Virus record (IMG/VR): IMGVR_UViG_3300021978_000180
Coordinates: 1 to 39,583 of that record
Source: a virus
Taxonomy: Duplodnaviria; Caudoviricetes
Reading direction: 5' to 3' (one strand)
DNA length: 39,583 nt
The position numbers and the translations under genes were made by a program. Below the pieces are notes generated by a model. That model saw nothing but the letters and a program-made list of their open reading frames with translations. It had not been told where the DNA came from and did not search any database. Shown here in pieces: positions 19,885-28,022 of the stretch. How positions within the stretch are numbered: position 1 is the first letter of the stretch; the number at the start of each line of letters is the position of its first letter.

Positions 19885-19946
19885 TATATATACTTGTATA
19901 CAAAATCCTATTGACAAATTGCATACAAGTATATATACTTATATAC
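19885..19946 (+). promoter_or_regulatory. Early rightward sigma70 promoter with flanking operator-like inverted repeats
   Basis: TTGACA (19911-19916)-N17-TATACT (19934-19939). TATATATACTTGTAT at 19885 is inverted as ATACAAGTATATATA at 19923. Confidence 0.8.
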
Positions 19947-19971
19947 AACCACATATACAGGAGGCACATAT

Positions 19972-20157
19972 ATGTCAACCACAGTTAATATTAAACAGGA
20001 AAAAATAAGTAAAGACAAGGCAGTTTTAGAACTCCACCAAGCAGGTTTAAGTATCAGACAAATATCAAATATTTTGCAAATTCCAAGAACCTCTGTATTC
20101 AGAGTAATCAAAAAGTGTAGTTCCAAAAAGGGAGTAGAAAATGGAAGAGTTGATTAA
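19972..20157 (+). CDS. Small HTH regulator (Cro/Ner-like position)
   Basis: LELHQAGLSIRQISNILQIPRTSVFRVI; GGAGG RBS; first gene divergent from the repressor. Confidence 0.75.
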   Translation: MSTTVNIKQEKISKDKAVLELHQAGLSIRQISNILQIPRTSVFRVIKKCSSKKGVENGRVD

Positions 20158-20290
20158 AGTTCTAATTATTGGGTTCTCCATAATAGGGGCATCATTAATA
20201 ACACTAATAATAATGCTCTATGTGAAGTTCTCGAATTTAGAAGACATAATCTCTCAAAAATTTGAGAAAGAGGAAAAGAATGAGAAGTAA
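20141..20290 (+). CDS. Small single-TM protein, 49 aa (cassette 1, sense gene; absent from ORF track)
   Basis: GGAG RBS; MEELIKVLIIGFSIIGASLITLIIMLYVKFSNLEDIISQKFEKEEKNEK. Confidence 0.6.
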   Translation: MEELIKVLIIGFSIIGASLITLIIMLYVKFSNLEDIISQKFEKEEKNEK

Positions 20291-20443
20291 ATACAAAAGA
20301 GTAACTATTTTTGCAGAAAATGTTCTTGTTTCCTTTCTATGTTTATCTGCTTTGAAAAATAAAATTGTTGAAATTGCCATAAAAACAAAATCTAAATATC
20401 CCTTATTTATAAGCTCTATAAAAATATCAGCAAATTTTTCCAT
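20237..20443 (-). CDS. Small 2-TM protein, 68 aa (cassette 1, antisense gene, apparently leaderless)
   Basis: ATG 6 nt after TATGGT of motif copy 5; two hydrophobic helices with a basic loop. Confidence 0.6.
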   Translation of the reverse strand: MEKFADIFIELINKGYLDFVFMAISTILFFKADKHRKETRTFSAKIVTLLYLLLILFLFLKFLRDYVF

Positions 20444-20449
20444 ACCAAA

Positions 20450-20492
20450 ACCATACCCCAAAACCTCTCCTTTCTTTAGGACAGGTTGGACA
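20450..20492 (-). promoter_or_regulatory. Putative late-type promoter, copy 5 (antisense to early operon)
   Basis: 17-bp motif (20492-20476), 20 nt, then TATGGT (20455-20450). Confidence 0.65.
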
Positions 20493-20515
20493 AAAACATT
20501 TCAAGGAGGCTAAAA

Positions 20516-20797
20516 GTGAAAACCGTAGATATACAAGCACAAGTCCGAAAATACGGAAGACTAAATTTCATCAAGGGAGAACTGCTCAAAAGAGGTCTCA
20601 CTCTCAAACAGTTTGCTGAAATTCTGGGTGTATCTGAAAGCTTTCTGTATCAGATGCTACACAAAGACGCCAAGTCCCGCCGAGTAGCAAAGGAAATTGA
20701 GAGATTTTTGGAAGTCCCAGAAGGTTCGCTTTTTCCTTATGTTCTGGAGCCTGTGGAAAATTCTAAGAAAAATTCTGAAGAATTTAGGAAGGAGTAG
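20516..20797 (+). CDS. Ner-like HTH regulator
   Basis: IKGELLKRGLTLKQFAEILGVSESFLYQML...SLFP; GTG start after GGAGG. Confidence 0.75.
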   Translation: MKTVDIQAQVRKYGRLNFIKGELLKRGLTLKQFAEILGVSESFLYQMLHKDAKSRRVAKEIERFLEVPEGSLFPYVLEPVENSKKNSEEFRKE

Positions 20798-20800
20798 AAG

Positions 20801-21004
20801 ATGGACAAGGCAGTCAAATTCTTAATCTACTCACTTGCTGTATCAGTTTTGGCATTGTCGCTCTCAATAGAGAAAAACAGAACTCTTGAAATAGTTTTAG
20901 GGATAGCTATTACTGCTGGATTCATTTTTAGCTATTTGGCAATAGTAAAAATCTGCTCAAGAAAAAATAAAAAACAAAATACCTACGACAATAAGGAGTT
21001 CTGA
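20801..21004 (+). CDS. Small 2-TM protein, 67 aa (cassette 2, sense gene)
   Basis: AGGAG RBS; two hydrophobic segments and a basic tail. Confidence 0.65.
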   Translation: MDKAVKFLIYSLAVSVLALSLSIEKNRTLEIVLGIAITAGFIFSYLAIVKICSRKNKKQNTYDNKEF

Positions 21005-21178
21005 AATGTTTAAAGTGGTTTTGGAAGTTTCTTTTAAGCCTTTCTTTTCTGCAGAAACGGCAATTAAGGCAAAAACTGCAGAAAAAAGCAAACATATAAA
21101 ACCAATGATAATACCAGAATTATTCAAAAGGAATTCTTTACTCACTTTAAGCACCAAAAAAACTAACTTAACTTCCAT
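20957..21178 (-). CDS. Small membrane protein, 73 aa (cassette 2, antisense gene, apparently leaderless)
   Basis: ATG 6 nt after TATTGT of motif copy 6; two hydrophobic helices with a basic loop. Confidence 0.6.
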   Translation of the reverse strand: MEVKLVFLVLKVSKEFLLNNSGIIIGFICLLFSAVFALIAVSAEKKGLKETSKTTLNISELLIVVGILFFIFS

Positions 21179-21184
21179 ACAAAA

Positions 21185-21227
21185 ACAATATCCTAAAACC
21201 TTTCCTGTCTTTAGGACATGTTGGACA
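21185..21227 (-). promoter_or_regulatory. Putative late-type promoter, copy 6 (antisense)
   Basis: TGTCCAACATGTCCTAA (one mismatch, 21227-21211), 20 nt, then TATTGT (21190-21185). Confidence 0.65.
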
Positions 21228-21270
21228 AATGAAATCCATAAAATCAAAAATTTATAGGAGGTAACAGGTA

Positions 21271-21738
21271 ATGGCACACGCTAACTTTGGATGGGTTTAC
21301 AAAAAGTTCATCAAGAGGGTAAATCCTCTCATCTTTCAGGTGAGAGCTGGTATTTCTCACAAGACTGTTTACAGCTGGGCTCAAGATGCAGACAATCCAT
21401 ACTACCGCAGAGATCCTCTTTCAAAAGCTGTTGACATTTTAGACATTCTCAAAGACGAAACACCAGAACTTTTCCAGCAAGTTCTACAAGAAATACTTAG
21501 AAGATACGGCTATGTTCCAGTGAAACAAGAAAAACCTTCGGAAGATGTAAAACTCTCCAGACTTATGAAAGAGCTTAACGATGTTCCCCTAACAGAAGTA
21601 AACATTATGGAAGATGGAAGGATAACAAAAGAAGAACTACTTCAACTTCTGAACGAAATTGATGAAGCCCTTGCAGTTCTCAATGAAAAAAGAGCGATTG
21701 TCAGACAGAAAGTAATAAGTCTTAGGGAAGAGTATTAA
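21271..21738 (+). CDS. Phage regulatory protein, CII-like family
   Basis: N-terminal HTH-like segment (GISHKTVYSWA) and C-terminal MEDGRITKEE motif. Confidence 0.65.
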   Translation: MAHANFGWVYKKFIKRVNPLIFQVRAGISHKTVYSWAQDADNPYYRRDPLSKAVDILDILKDETPELFQQVLQEILRRYGYVPVKQEKPSEDVKLSRLMKELNDVPLTEVNIMEDGRITKEELLQLLNEIDEALAVLNEKRAIVRQKVISLREEY

Positions 21739-21751
21739 AGGGGGCAATAAA

Positions 21752-21985
21752 ATGGAAAGTTTAATTCTTTCTTTAATAATAGGTATAGGTATAGTTTATA
21801 TGATAATAGACTTTATATTTGACAATACGAAATCTATACTCAAGCTAATTTCAGCTCTGCTTTTTGCTCTTATTGTTTCTATATCCATTTGGATTTTCAA
21901 AATGGAAAATTTATCTAAGCACAACTTTAAACACTATAACAATAGCACTTATAAAGTTGAAAATCATAAACAAAAGGAGAATTAA
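21752..21985 (+). CDS. Small 2-TM protein, 77 aa (cassette 3, sense gene)
   Basis: G-rich RBS; two hydrophobic segments and a polar tail. Confidence 0.65.
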   Translation: MESLILSLIIGIGIVYMIIDFIFDNTKSILKLISALLFALIVSISIWIFKMENLSKHNFKHYNNSTYKVENHKQKEN

Positions 21986-22138
21986 TATGGCGACATTAAT
22001 ATACCAAGGTTCTCTATCTGTTTTTGGAATTTGCAATATTGCTTTACCAGTTTTCACTATAGATAGAACATTTATCCAAAGAACTAATATCAAAATTCCC
22101 TTATGTGAATTTTGTAGACACTTTATAAACTCTACCAT
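21911..22138 (-). CDS. Small 2-TM protein, 75 aa (cassette 3, antisense gene, apparently leaderless)
   Basis: ATG 6 nt after TATGGT of motif copy 7; two hydrophobic helices. Confidence 0.6.
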   Translation of the reverse strand: MVEFIKCLQNSHKGILILVLWINVLSIVKTGKAILQIPKTDREPWYINVAILILLLFMIFNFISAIVIVFKVVLR

Positions 22139-22144
22139 GCCAAA

Positions 22145-22187
22145 ACCATACCCCAAAACCTCTCCTTTCTTTAGGACAGGTTGGACA
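22145..22187 (-). promoter_or_regulatory. Putative late-type promoter, copy 7 (antisense)
   Basis: 17-bp motif (22187-22171), 20 nt, then TATGGT; 22135-22188 is nearly identical to 20440-20493. Confidence 0.65.
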
Positions 22188-22213
22188 ACACTAAACCAAG
22201 GAGGGTTAAGCAG

Positions 22214-23251
22214 ATGAGAGAACAAGTTGAAAAACTTACTTTAAGGCACAGAAGACCTGATGTCTATAAACTTTTGACAGAGCTTGGATGCGAATTTAAA
22301 GGAATTGATTATGTATCTATCGATGACCTTGTTCTTGACCAGGGTATATATCCAAGAGACAAAACAGATTGGGAAAGAGTTAAGCTTTATGCTGAAGATA
22401 TGGAAAATGGTGATATTTTTCCACCTTTGCTGGTAGAAGAAGAATACAAGGTAATTCTTGATGGAAACCATAGATATTATGCAAGCAAAGAAACAGGTAA
22501 AGCTATTATGTGGATTGAAAAATGGGAAGTTCCTGAAGGTCTTTACCCAGTGGTAGCTCAAGCAGTGAACACTGAAGAAAAAGAGATAGATACCCCCTTA
22601 ACCCCCACAGAAAAGAAAAAAGCAATATTAAGGGATTGGGAAATATTAACGCAGTATGACAAAAAAACCAGAAAAGAGCTAATTGCAAAAGTTTTAAAAA
22701 CTTCTGTTTCATATGTTGACAAGGTTTTATCTGAAGCTGGGATTATCAAAAGTGAGAAGGAGGAGTTAAAAAATAAGGTTTTAGAACTTCATAAACAGGG
22801 TTATAGTTTAAGAGAAATAGCTAAAGAATTAGGACTAAATCACCAAACAGTAAAAAATTATCTTGATAAGTGTCTAAAAAATTACCAAGGTAAAAATTTA
22901 GACACCCCTCAACCCACCCAAGAAGAACCCACTAATGAAGAAGAAAACAACTGGGACGACTGGAACGAAGAGGAAACAGAAGAAGAACCAGTAGCAGAAG
23001 AAAAACCAAAGCAGAAAAAAGATTCTTCAAAAGAAGAAAAGAAACTTTTACACCCGAATCACATACTTGAAAGAGATAAAAATGCAATCTGGGATGCAGT
23101 GATAGAAATAGAATTCCATTTCGGAGAAGAAAAAGCTTTAGAAGTTTTAGAAGAAATCTATTTCGCTTATAAAGAGAGAAAGCACAAAGGATTAACCATT
23201 TACAAAGATAGAAGAGCACTATTCGTATACAACCAAAAAAGAGGAAGCTAA
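22214..23251 (+). CDS. ParB/Srx N-terminal domain protein with HTH
   Basis: FPPLLV...ILDGNHRYYA ParB box; HTH GYSLREIAKELGLNHQTVKNYL; acidic linker. Confidence 0.8.
   Translation: MREQVEKLTLRHRRPDVYKLLTELGCEFKGIDYVSIDDLVLDQGIYPRDKTDWERVKLYAEDMENGDIFPPLLVEEEYKVILDGNHRYYASKETGKAIMWIEKWEVPEGLYPVVAQAVNTEEKEIDTPLTPTEKKKAILRDWEILTQYDKKTRKELIAKVLKTSVSYVDKVLSEAGIIKSEKEELKNKVLELHKQGYSLREIAKELGLNHQTVKNYLDKCLKNYQGKNLDTPQPTQEEPTNEEENNWDDWNEEETEEEPVAEEKPKQKKDSSKEEKKLLHPNHILERDKNAIWDAVIEIEFHFGEEKALEVLEEIYFAYKERKHKGLTIYKDRRALFVYNQKRGS
22868..22907. repeat. Third copy of the 39-bp palindrome (40 bp, inverted), inside the ParB-HTH gene
   Basis: AAGTGTCTAAAAAATTACCAAGGTAAAAATTTAGACAC closely matches the reverse complement of 19838-19876. 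Confidence 0.8.
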
Positions 23252-23253
23252 AA

Positions 23254-24702
23254 ATGGATAAGAACAAAATCCTCCAGCTCTACGCACAAGGTTTCTCAAT
23301 AAGACAGATTGCAAAAATTACAGGAACAAGCAAATCAACAGTTCATAGAATTATAAGCGGTGATATAGGAAAAGAAAGAAAAAAGGGAGAGAAAAACCTC
23401 CAGATTTACAAATCTATGTCAGAGCCCACAAAAAACAAACTTAAGACCCTGCTGATAATGAGAACTGAAGAAAAAGGAACCAGCAGAGTTCTATCCTATT
23501 CTCAAATATACGAGCATATCAGGATTAATTTACTTGCCGACAATGTCAAGCTCAGTAAAAAGGCATTTTACGAATTTTTAGACTACTTCATTATAAGAGA
23601 ATTCGGCTCTCAAGAAAACCTTGAAAAACAAAGAAGACTCAAGAAAGAAATCTCAAAGTTTGTCCAGTCTAAAGGAACTGTCAAAAGAGAAGTGGGTCTA
23701 TGGGAAATAGATGCAACAGGCTATCAGTGGAACGGTAAAAACTACTCCATCATGCAGGTTGTTGACACCTTCACTGGCTATGTATTTCCGGCAATGATCG
23801 TTGAAAACAAAGAGAAAAACGCAAAACACTACAACAAAGCATTCAACTCACTTGATGTTGCTTACTATCTGATGACACTTTTTATCCAATATGGAGTTCC
23901 AAAAGCCATTAAGTCTGATAACGAAAAAATCATTAAAAACGACTACATCATAAATGCTTTAAAAGAACTTGGTGTTCAATATAGAAATACAAAATCTTAC
24001 AACCCATCCTCAAAAATCATAGAAAGATTTTTCAGAAGTCTGAAAGACATGGCAAGAACAATAAGAGCTACAGGATTTGAAGGAAGTATGGAGGATTTAT
24101 GGTATCTATCAATTGAACACTTCAACAAAGAATCTCATAACTTTAAACACATTCAAGGAGCATTCTCACCACTAGAGTTGGTCAACTCATACGGACTTGG
24201 CACAAAACAGGTAGATGAAGAAAACATCAGAATGGCATTTGCTGAAAGGTTTGAAAGAAAGGTTATTAACAACCAGATAAAAATAGACAATCTCATTTAC
24301 GAGTTCATTTACAACAAAACAGAAACAGATCTTGGCAGAAAAAGAAAAAATCTGCCTGTTATAGTTCTCAGAGACCTTGAAAACATAACGAATCTATTTG
24401 TTTATCACGCAGAAACAGGAGAGTATTTAGGAACTGCTAAGCTAATCAGCCAGCCTGCAGACCTTGAAACTATCAAAGACAAACAAATCAAACAGAAGCA
24501 AAAACGCATCCAGAAAAGAATACAAAAACTCGAATCAGAAAAAACAATTCTCGAAACTGAAGCTATTCAAGAAGACCCTCACAAAATAGAAATACCTACA
24601 GAACCTATACTTGATGAGTTTAAAGAAAACATAAAGCTAGAAGAAGAACATCAAGAAGAAGAAATAGACTTCCTTTCAAAGCTTTTATCAGAGGAGGAGT
24701 AA
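23254..24702 (+). CDS. DDE transposase (MuA/rve-like integrase core)
   Basis: N-terminal HTH; WEIDAT...VVDTFTG, GVPKAIKSDN and NPSSKIIERFFRSLK motifs. Confidence 0.9.
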   Translation: MDKNKILQLYAQGFSIRQIAKITGTSKSTVHRIISGDIGKERKKGEKNLQIYKSMSEPTKNKLKTLLIMRTEEKGTSRVLSYSQIYEHIRINLLADNVKLSKKAFYEFLDYFIIREFGSQENLEKQRRLKKEISKFVQSKGTVKREVGLWEIDATGYQWNGKNYSIMQVVDTFTGYVFPAMIVENKEKNAKHYNKAFNSLDVAYYLMTLFIQYGVPKAIKSDNEKIIKNDYIINALKELGVQYRNTKSYNPSSKIIERFFRSLKDMARTIRATGFEGSMEDLWYLSIEHFNKESHNFKHIQGAFSPLELVNSYGLGTKQVDEENIRMAFAERFERKVINNQIKIDNLIYEFIYNKTETDLGRKRKNLPVIVLRDLENITNLFVYHAETGEYLGTAKLISQPADLETIKDKQIKQKQKRIQKRIQKLESEKTILETEAIQEDPHKIEIPTEPILDEFKENIKLEEEHQEEEIDFLSKLLSEEE

Positions 24703-24705
24703 AAG

Positions 24706-25398
24706 ATGCAAGTAAAAACACACGCTTATGAAGAACTTGAAAAAGTAGTTTCAATGCTTCGTAAAACAATAAAAGATGGCAAACAAGGACTTGCAGTAAT
24801 ATCAGCAAATTATGGAGTTGGAAAAACTCAAGCTGCAAAGATGCTAACTAAACAGTATCCAGATGTTTTCTATATGAAAGTCTCTCAAACTCTTGATACA
24901 CCTTCAAAGTTTACAAGAGAACTAGCAAGAGTTTTAAATTCGGCTATTTCTAGAAGCTATCAGGAAACCTTAGAGTTTTTAGCAACCTATTTAGAAGCAA
25001 CAGGGCAAAATCCTATCGTAATTTTAGATGAAGCCCAACGCCTATTAACAAAAAGAATTTTAATGGGAGAAATAAAGGATATATTTGAAGAATTTCCAAT
25101 CAGGTTCGTTCTACTTGGAGACCTTGACCTTTTAAAGCATATAGGGAAATATCCAGCCATAAACAAAAGAGTAATAATAAGAAGGTCCTTAAATCCTCTC
25201 TCAGAAAAAACAATTAAGGAACTGGCTTCTGCATACAACATAAAAACAGATGAAAATCTACTCAAAATCGCAAAACAAAGAGGCTGGACCACAATAGAAG
25301 TAGATAGACTTCTCTATTACGCAAAAGGTATGAAACTCCAAAATTTAACAGAAAAAGAAATCAAAAAACTAATGAAAGCAGTAGAGGTATCACTATGA
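24706..25398 (+). CDS. Transposition AAA+ ATPase (MuB-like)
   Basis: Walker A ANYGVGKT and Walker B VILDEAQRL; directly after the transposase. Confidence 0.88.
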   Translation: MQVKTHAYEELEKVVSMLRKTIKDGKQGLAVISANYGVGKTQAAKMLTKQYPDVFYMKVSQTLDTPSKFTRELARVLNSAISRSYQETLEFLATYLEATGQNPIVILDEAQRLLTKRILMGEIKDIFEEFPIRFVLLGDLDLLKHIGKYPAINKRVIIRRSLNPLSEKTIKELASAYNIKTDENLLKIAKQRGWTTIEVDRLLYYAKGMKLQNLTEKEIKKLMKAVEVSL

Positions 25399-25937
25399 AA
25401 AATGTAATCTGGTCTTTTATGGTAAGAAGAAAAGTTTTCACACCAAAAGACATAGTAAAGGATTTAGAGGAAACAAAATACAAATATTTAGGAAAAAGCT
25501 TTATTAGAAATAAAGTTAGAGATTTTATAAAGCAACAACTATATAAGGCTACAATCATTGCAGTATCAGAAGGTATATTTGCCTTAAAGGATTATGCTAA
25601 AGATTGGGAAAAATACATAGAAAAAAAGAAATGTGCTGTATGCAATAAAGATTTTATCCCATTTGAAGAAAAACAAATCTTTTGTAGTCAGAAATGCAAA
25701 AAAGAATATTACAAGCTCTATCACAAAACAAAAAGACATCGTGGAAAGAAAAGTAGAAAATTCCAAAGCTGGCAAAAGTGGGAAGAAGAAAGGCTAATAG
25801 AAGTATTTAAACCAAATAACTACAGATTTAACAAACAAAAAGCAATTCAGCTTTCAAAAGAACTTGGAAGAACTGAAGAAGCAATAAAAGAAAGATTAAA
25901 AATCATTAGAAGAAGATTAAAAGGAGTTGTGCTATGA
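25395..25937 (+). CDS. Putative DNA-binding protein with zinc finger
   Basis: CAVC...FCSQKC and C-terminal W..WEEERL...LGRTEEAIKER (Myb/HTH-like). Confidence 0.6.
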   Translation: MKNVIWSFMVRRKVFTPKDIVKDLEETKYKYLGKSFIRNKVRDFIKQQLYKATIIAVSEGIFALKDYAKDWEKYIEKKKCAVCNKDFIPFEEKQIFCSQKCKKEYYKLYHKTKRHRGKKSRKFQSWQKWEEERLIEVFKPNNYRFNKQKAIQLSKELGRTEEAIKERLKIIRRRLKGVVL

Positions 25938-26449
25938 GACACGAGACAATTCTTAAAAGACTCATAGATATAAGGAACTCCAAATCAGGTAAAGAAGCAA
26001 AGAAAAAATTAGATGAGCTTATCAAAGGTCTTGAGGTTTATATAGAGGAAAAGAAAAAAGACAAAGTAGATATAAGGCATCTTATGGGCTGGTATTTACA
26101 GCTTTGGAATAATGAGCCCCCAGAAAAACTTATGTCTGTAAAGTATCAGGCAGTTATAGGGAAACATTTAAAAGAGCTTGTAAAAATCTATCAGCAAAAC
26201 AATGAATCCATAGAACAGTTAAAAGCAGATTACGAAAAATTCAAAGAAACACAGAAAAAAGGCTCTAAAGGCATAACCCAATTTAGAGCATTACTTCCAG
26301 CAATAAAACAAGCTAAAAATCAAACAAAACAATGGACATCTCCAGAAAACGAGCGAGGAGATGATTTTTATAAAAAAGCAGTGGAAAAACATATAGACAA
26401 AAATTTCCCAGAAGAAATAAACCTAGATGATGAAGATATAACTCTATAA
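25934..26449 (+). CDS. Hypothetical protein (possible replication initiator partner)
   Basis: 171 aa, ATGA-coupled, upstream of the DnaC-like ATPase. Confidence 0.55.
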   Translation: MRHETILKRLIDIRNSKSGKEAKKKLDELIKGLEVYIEEKKKDKVDIRHLMGWYLQLWNNEPPEKLMSVKYQAVIGKHLKELVKIYQQNNESIEQLKADYEKFKETQKKGSKGITQFRALLPAIKQAKNQTKQWTSPENERGDDFYKKAVEKHIDKNFPEEINLDDEDITL

Positions 26450-26462
26450 CGGAGGAACTGTT

Positions 26463-27164
26463 ATGAAAATCTACATAGCAAACACAAAAGAAGAAGTAAA
26501 GAAAATGTTTCCAGATGCAGACCTTATTTTAGAAGGATACAAAGAAGACAGCGACTGGAGCAAAGAACCAGAAATAACCCACTTTTATGTTTACAAGGAC
26601 AACTGCTTAATGGCAATTGTTAGAAAACCAAGAAAAAAAGAAGAAATTAAATCAATACTTTTAGAGGGAAAGTTTCCAGTTTCTTTTGTTGAAGAAGTTT
26701 TTACGCCAAGAAAAACATCAGTTTTAGGCAAAATACTACAAGCCCCAGAAAACAAAGGACTTGTAGCAAGTGGAAAAGCAGGAATAGGGAAAACCTTTTC
26801 GGTAATTTTTAAAATAGCAAAACTGATTAAGCATTTCAAGATAAACAGGCCTTTATATATAACCTTTCAAGATGTAAATGCATTTAATATGCTCTACAAA
26901 GAAAGGGATTTATCAAAATACGATGCAATTTTTATGGACGATTTAAACAAAAATCTAGGTAAACTAGAAAAGAAACTAGCAGAAACAATAATTTTCCATA
27001 TTTACAACAGTAAAAATACAAAAAAACTATATATCACAACAAATCAAACAATAGATGGATTGTTTGAATTCATAAATGAAGAACCTATTAAGTCAAGGAT
27101 TTTAGAAATTTGCACATTACTAGAACTAAAAGAAAACAAAGATTTAAGAATAGCTGTTGCATAG
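26463..27164 (+). CDS. DnaC/IstB-like ATPase
   Basis: GKAGIGKT, IFMDDL, YITTN, IKSRILE and terminal DLR. Confidence 0.75.
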   Translation: MKIYIANTKEEVKKMFPDADLILEGYKEDSDWSKEPEITHFYVYKDNCLMAIVRKPRKKEEIKSILLEGKFPVSFVEEVFTPRKTSVLGKILQAPENKGLVASGKAGIGKTFSVIFKIAKLIKHFKINRPLYITFQDVNAFNMLYKERDLSKYDAIFMDDLNKNLGKLEKKLAETIIFHIYNSKNTKKLYITTNQTIDGLFEFINEEPIKSRILEICTLLELKENKDLRIAVA

Positions 27165-27177
27165 GAGGTAAGTAATC

Positions 27178-27360
27178 ATGCAAAGTAAAGATTTATATAT
27201 AAAACAGAAATTAGCAGAAAAAGGCAAATTTGATTATTCAGAAGAAGAATTTAACAAGTTAAAAAAAGAATTCATAGACAATCTCTTCATCTATAAAGAC
27301 AAAGAAGAAGCATTTGAAGAAGCATATAAAAAAGTCTTTGGAGGTAGAAATAATGCTTGA
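27178..27360 (+). CDS. Hypothetical protein
   Basis: GGAGGT RBS; 60 aa. Confidence 0.6.
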   Translation: MQSKDLYIKQKLAEKGKFDYSEEEFNKLKKEFIDNLFIYKDKEEAFEEAYKKVFGGRNNA

Positions 27361-27556
27361 GTTTGCACAAGGAGTATTTATAGGAGTTTTATTTTCATCA
27401 CTGGTTTTTGCAACTGCAGTAATGGTTCTATACGACTTGTGGCAAAACGAAAAAGCAAACTATAACCAGCTTTTAAAAATCTCATTAAAAGAAATCTCTA
27501 AACTCAAAAAAGAAAATGAACAAAGTAAAATCGTCAAATTTTCAAAAGGAGGTTAA
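27353..27556 (+). CDS. Small single-TM coiled-coil protein
   Basis: GGAGGT RBS; ATG at 27353; MLEFAQGVFIGVLF... Confidence 0.6.
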   Translation: MLEFAQGVFIGVLFSSLVFATAVMVLYDLWQNEKANYNQLLKISLKEISKLKKENEQSKIVKFSKGG

Positions 27557-27558
27557 AA

Positions 27559-27717
27559 ATGCTTGAAAAAGTAGGATTTTTTATTGGAGGAATGCTTTTT
27601 GCTTCTATTGGATGGGGATTTTTCACAATGGTTCTATGGCATATGTATTTAAATCTTGAAAGAGAAATTGAAAGATTAAGACAAGAAAAATCAAAAAAAC
27701 ATTACAAACTTTTGTAA
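27559..27717 (+). CDS. Small single-TM coiled-coil protein, 52 aa (absent from ORF track)
   Basis: AGGAGGT RBS; MLEKVGFFIGGMLFASIGWGFFTMVLWHMYLNLEREIERLRQEKSKKHYKLL. Confidence 0.65.
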   Translation: MLEKVGFFIGGMLFASIGWGFFTMVLWHMYLNLEREIERLRQEKSKKHYKLL

Positions 27718-27731
27718 GGAGGTAAAACCCA

Positions 27732-28010
27732 ATGACAAAATACGAACTAGTTAAGGCAGTGTCAATTAATACAAAAGTTGACGAAGAAACAACAAGCAAA
27801 ATAATAGAGGAAACATTTCAAACAATAGCTAGTGTCTTAGAAAAGGGTGATAGGATACAAATCCCATTTTTTGGCACATTCTACACAAAAACAAGAAACG
27901 GTAGAACCACAAAGCTAAACGGCAAACAAATTAAAATCCCATCAAAAAGAGTTGTAGCCTTCCAAGTTAGCAAAGCATTAAAACAAAAAGTTGAAACAAA
28001 TATTGTTTAG
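27732..28010 (+). CDS. HU/IHF family DNA-binding protein
   Basis: MTKYELV...GDRIQIPFFGTF...IPSKRVVAFQVSKALK. Confidence 0.88.
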   Translation: MTKYELVKAVSINTKVDEETTSKIIEETFQTIASVLEKGDRIQIPFFGTFYTKTRNGRTTKLNGKQIKIPSKRVVAFQVSKALKQKVETNIV

Positions 28011-28022
28011 GAGGTAGCAAAT

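Noticed and set aside
20440-22188. The three ~54-bp repeats as a CRISPR array or integron attC sites
   Set aside because: Spacing is about 735 and 960 bp with genes in between, the repeat is not palindromic, and no cas or integron integrase gene is in the window.
20262-22217. Plus-strand ORFs 20262-20513, 21006-21257 and 21864-22217 sharing PKTxPxFRTxWT
   Set aside because: The shared peptide is just the DNA repeat translated; these ORFs lack clear RBSs and lie opposite the antisense membrane genes. They cannot be fully excluded.
23254-27164. Independent IS21-like or CAST/Tn7 element inserted in the phage
   Set aside because: Genes are tightly coupled within the early operon, no terminal repeats flank them, and no TniQ or Cas gene is recognisable.
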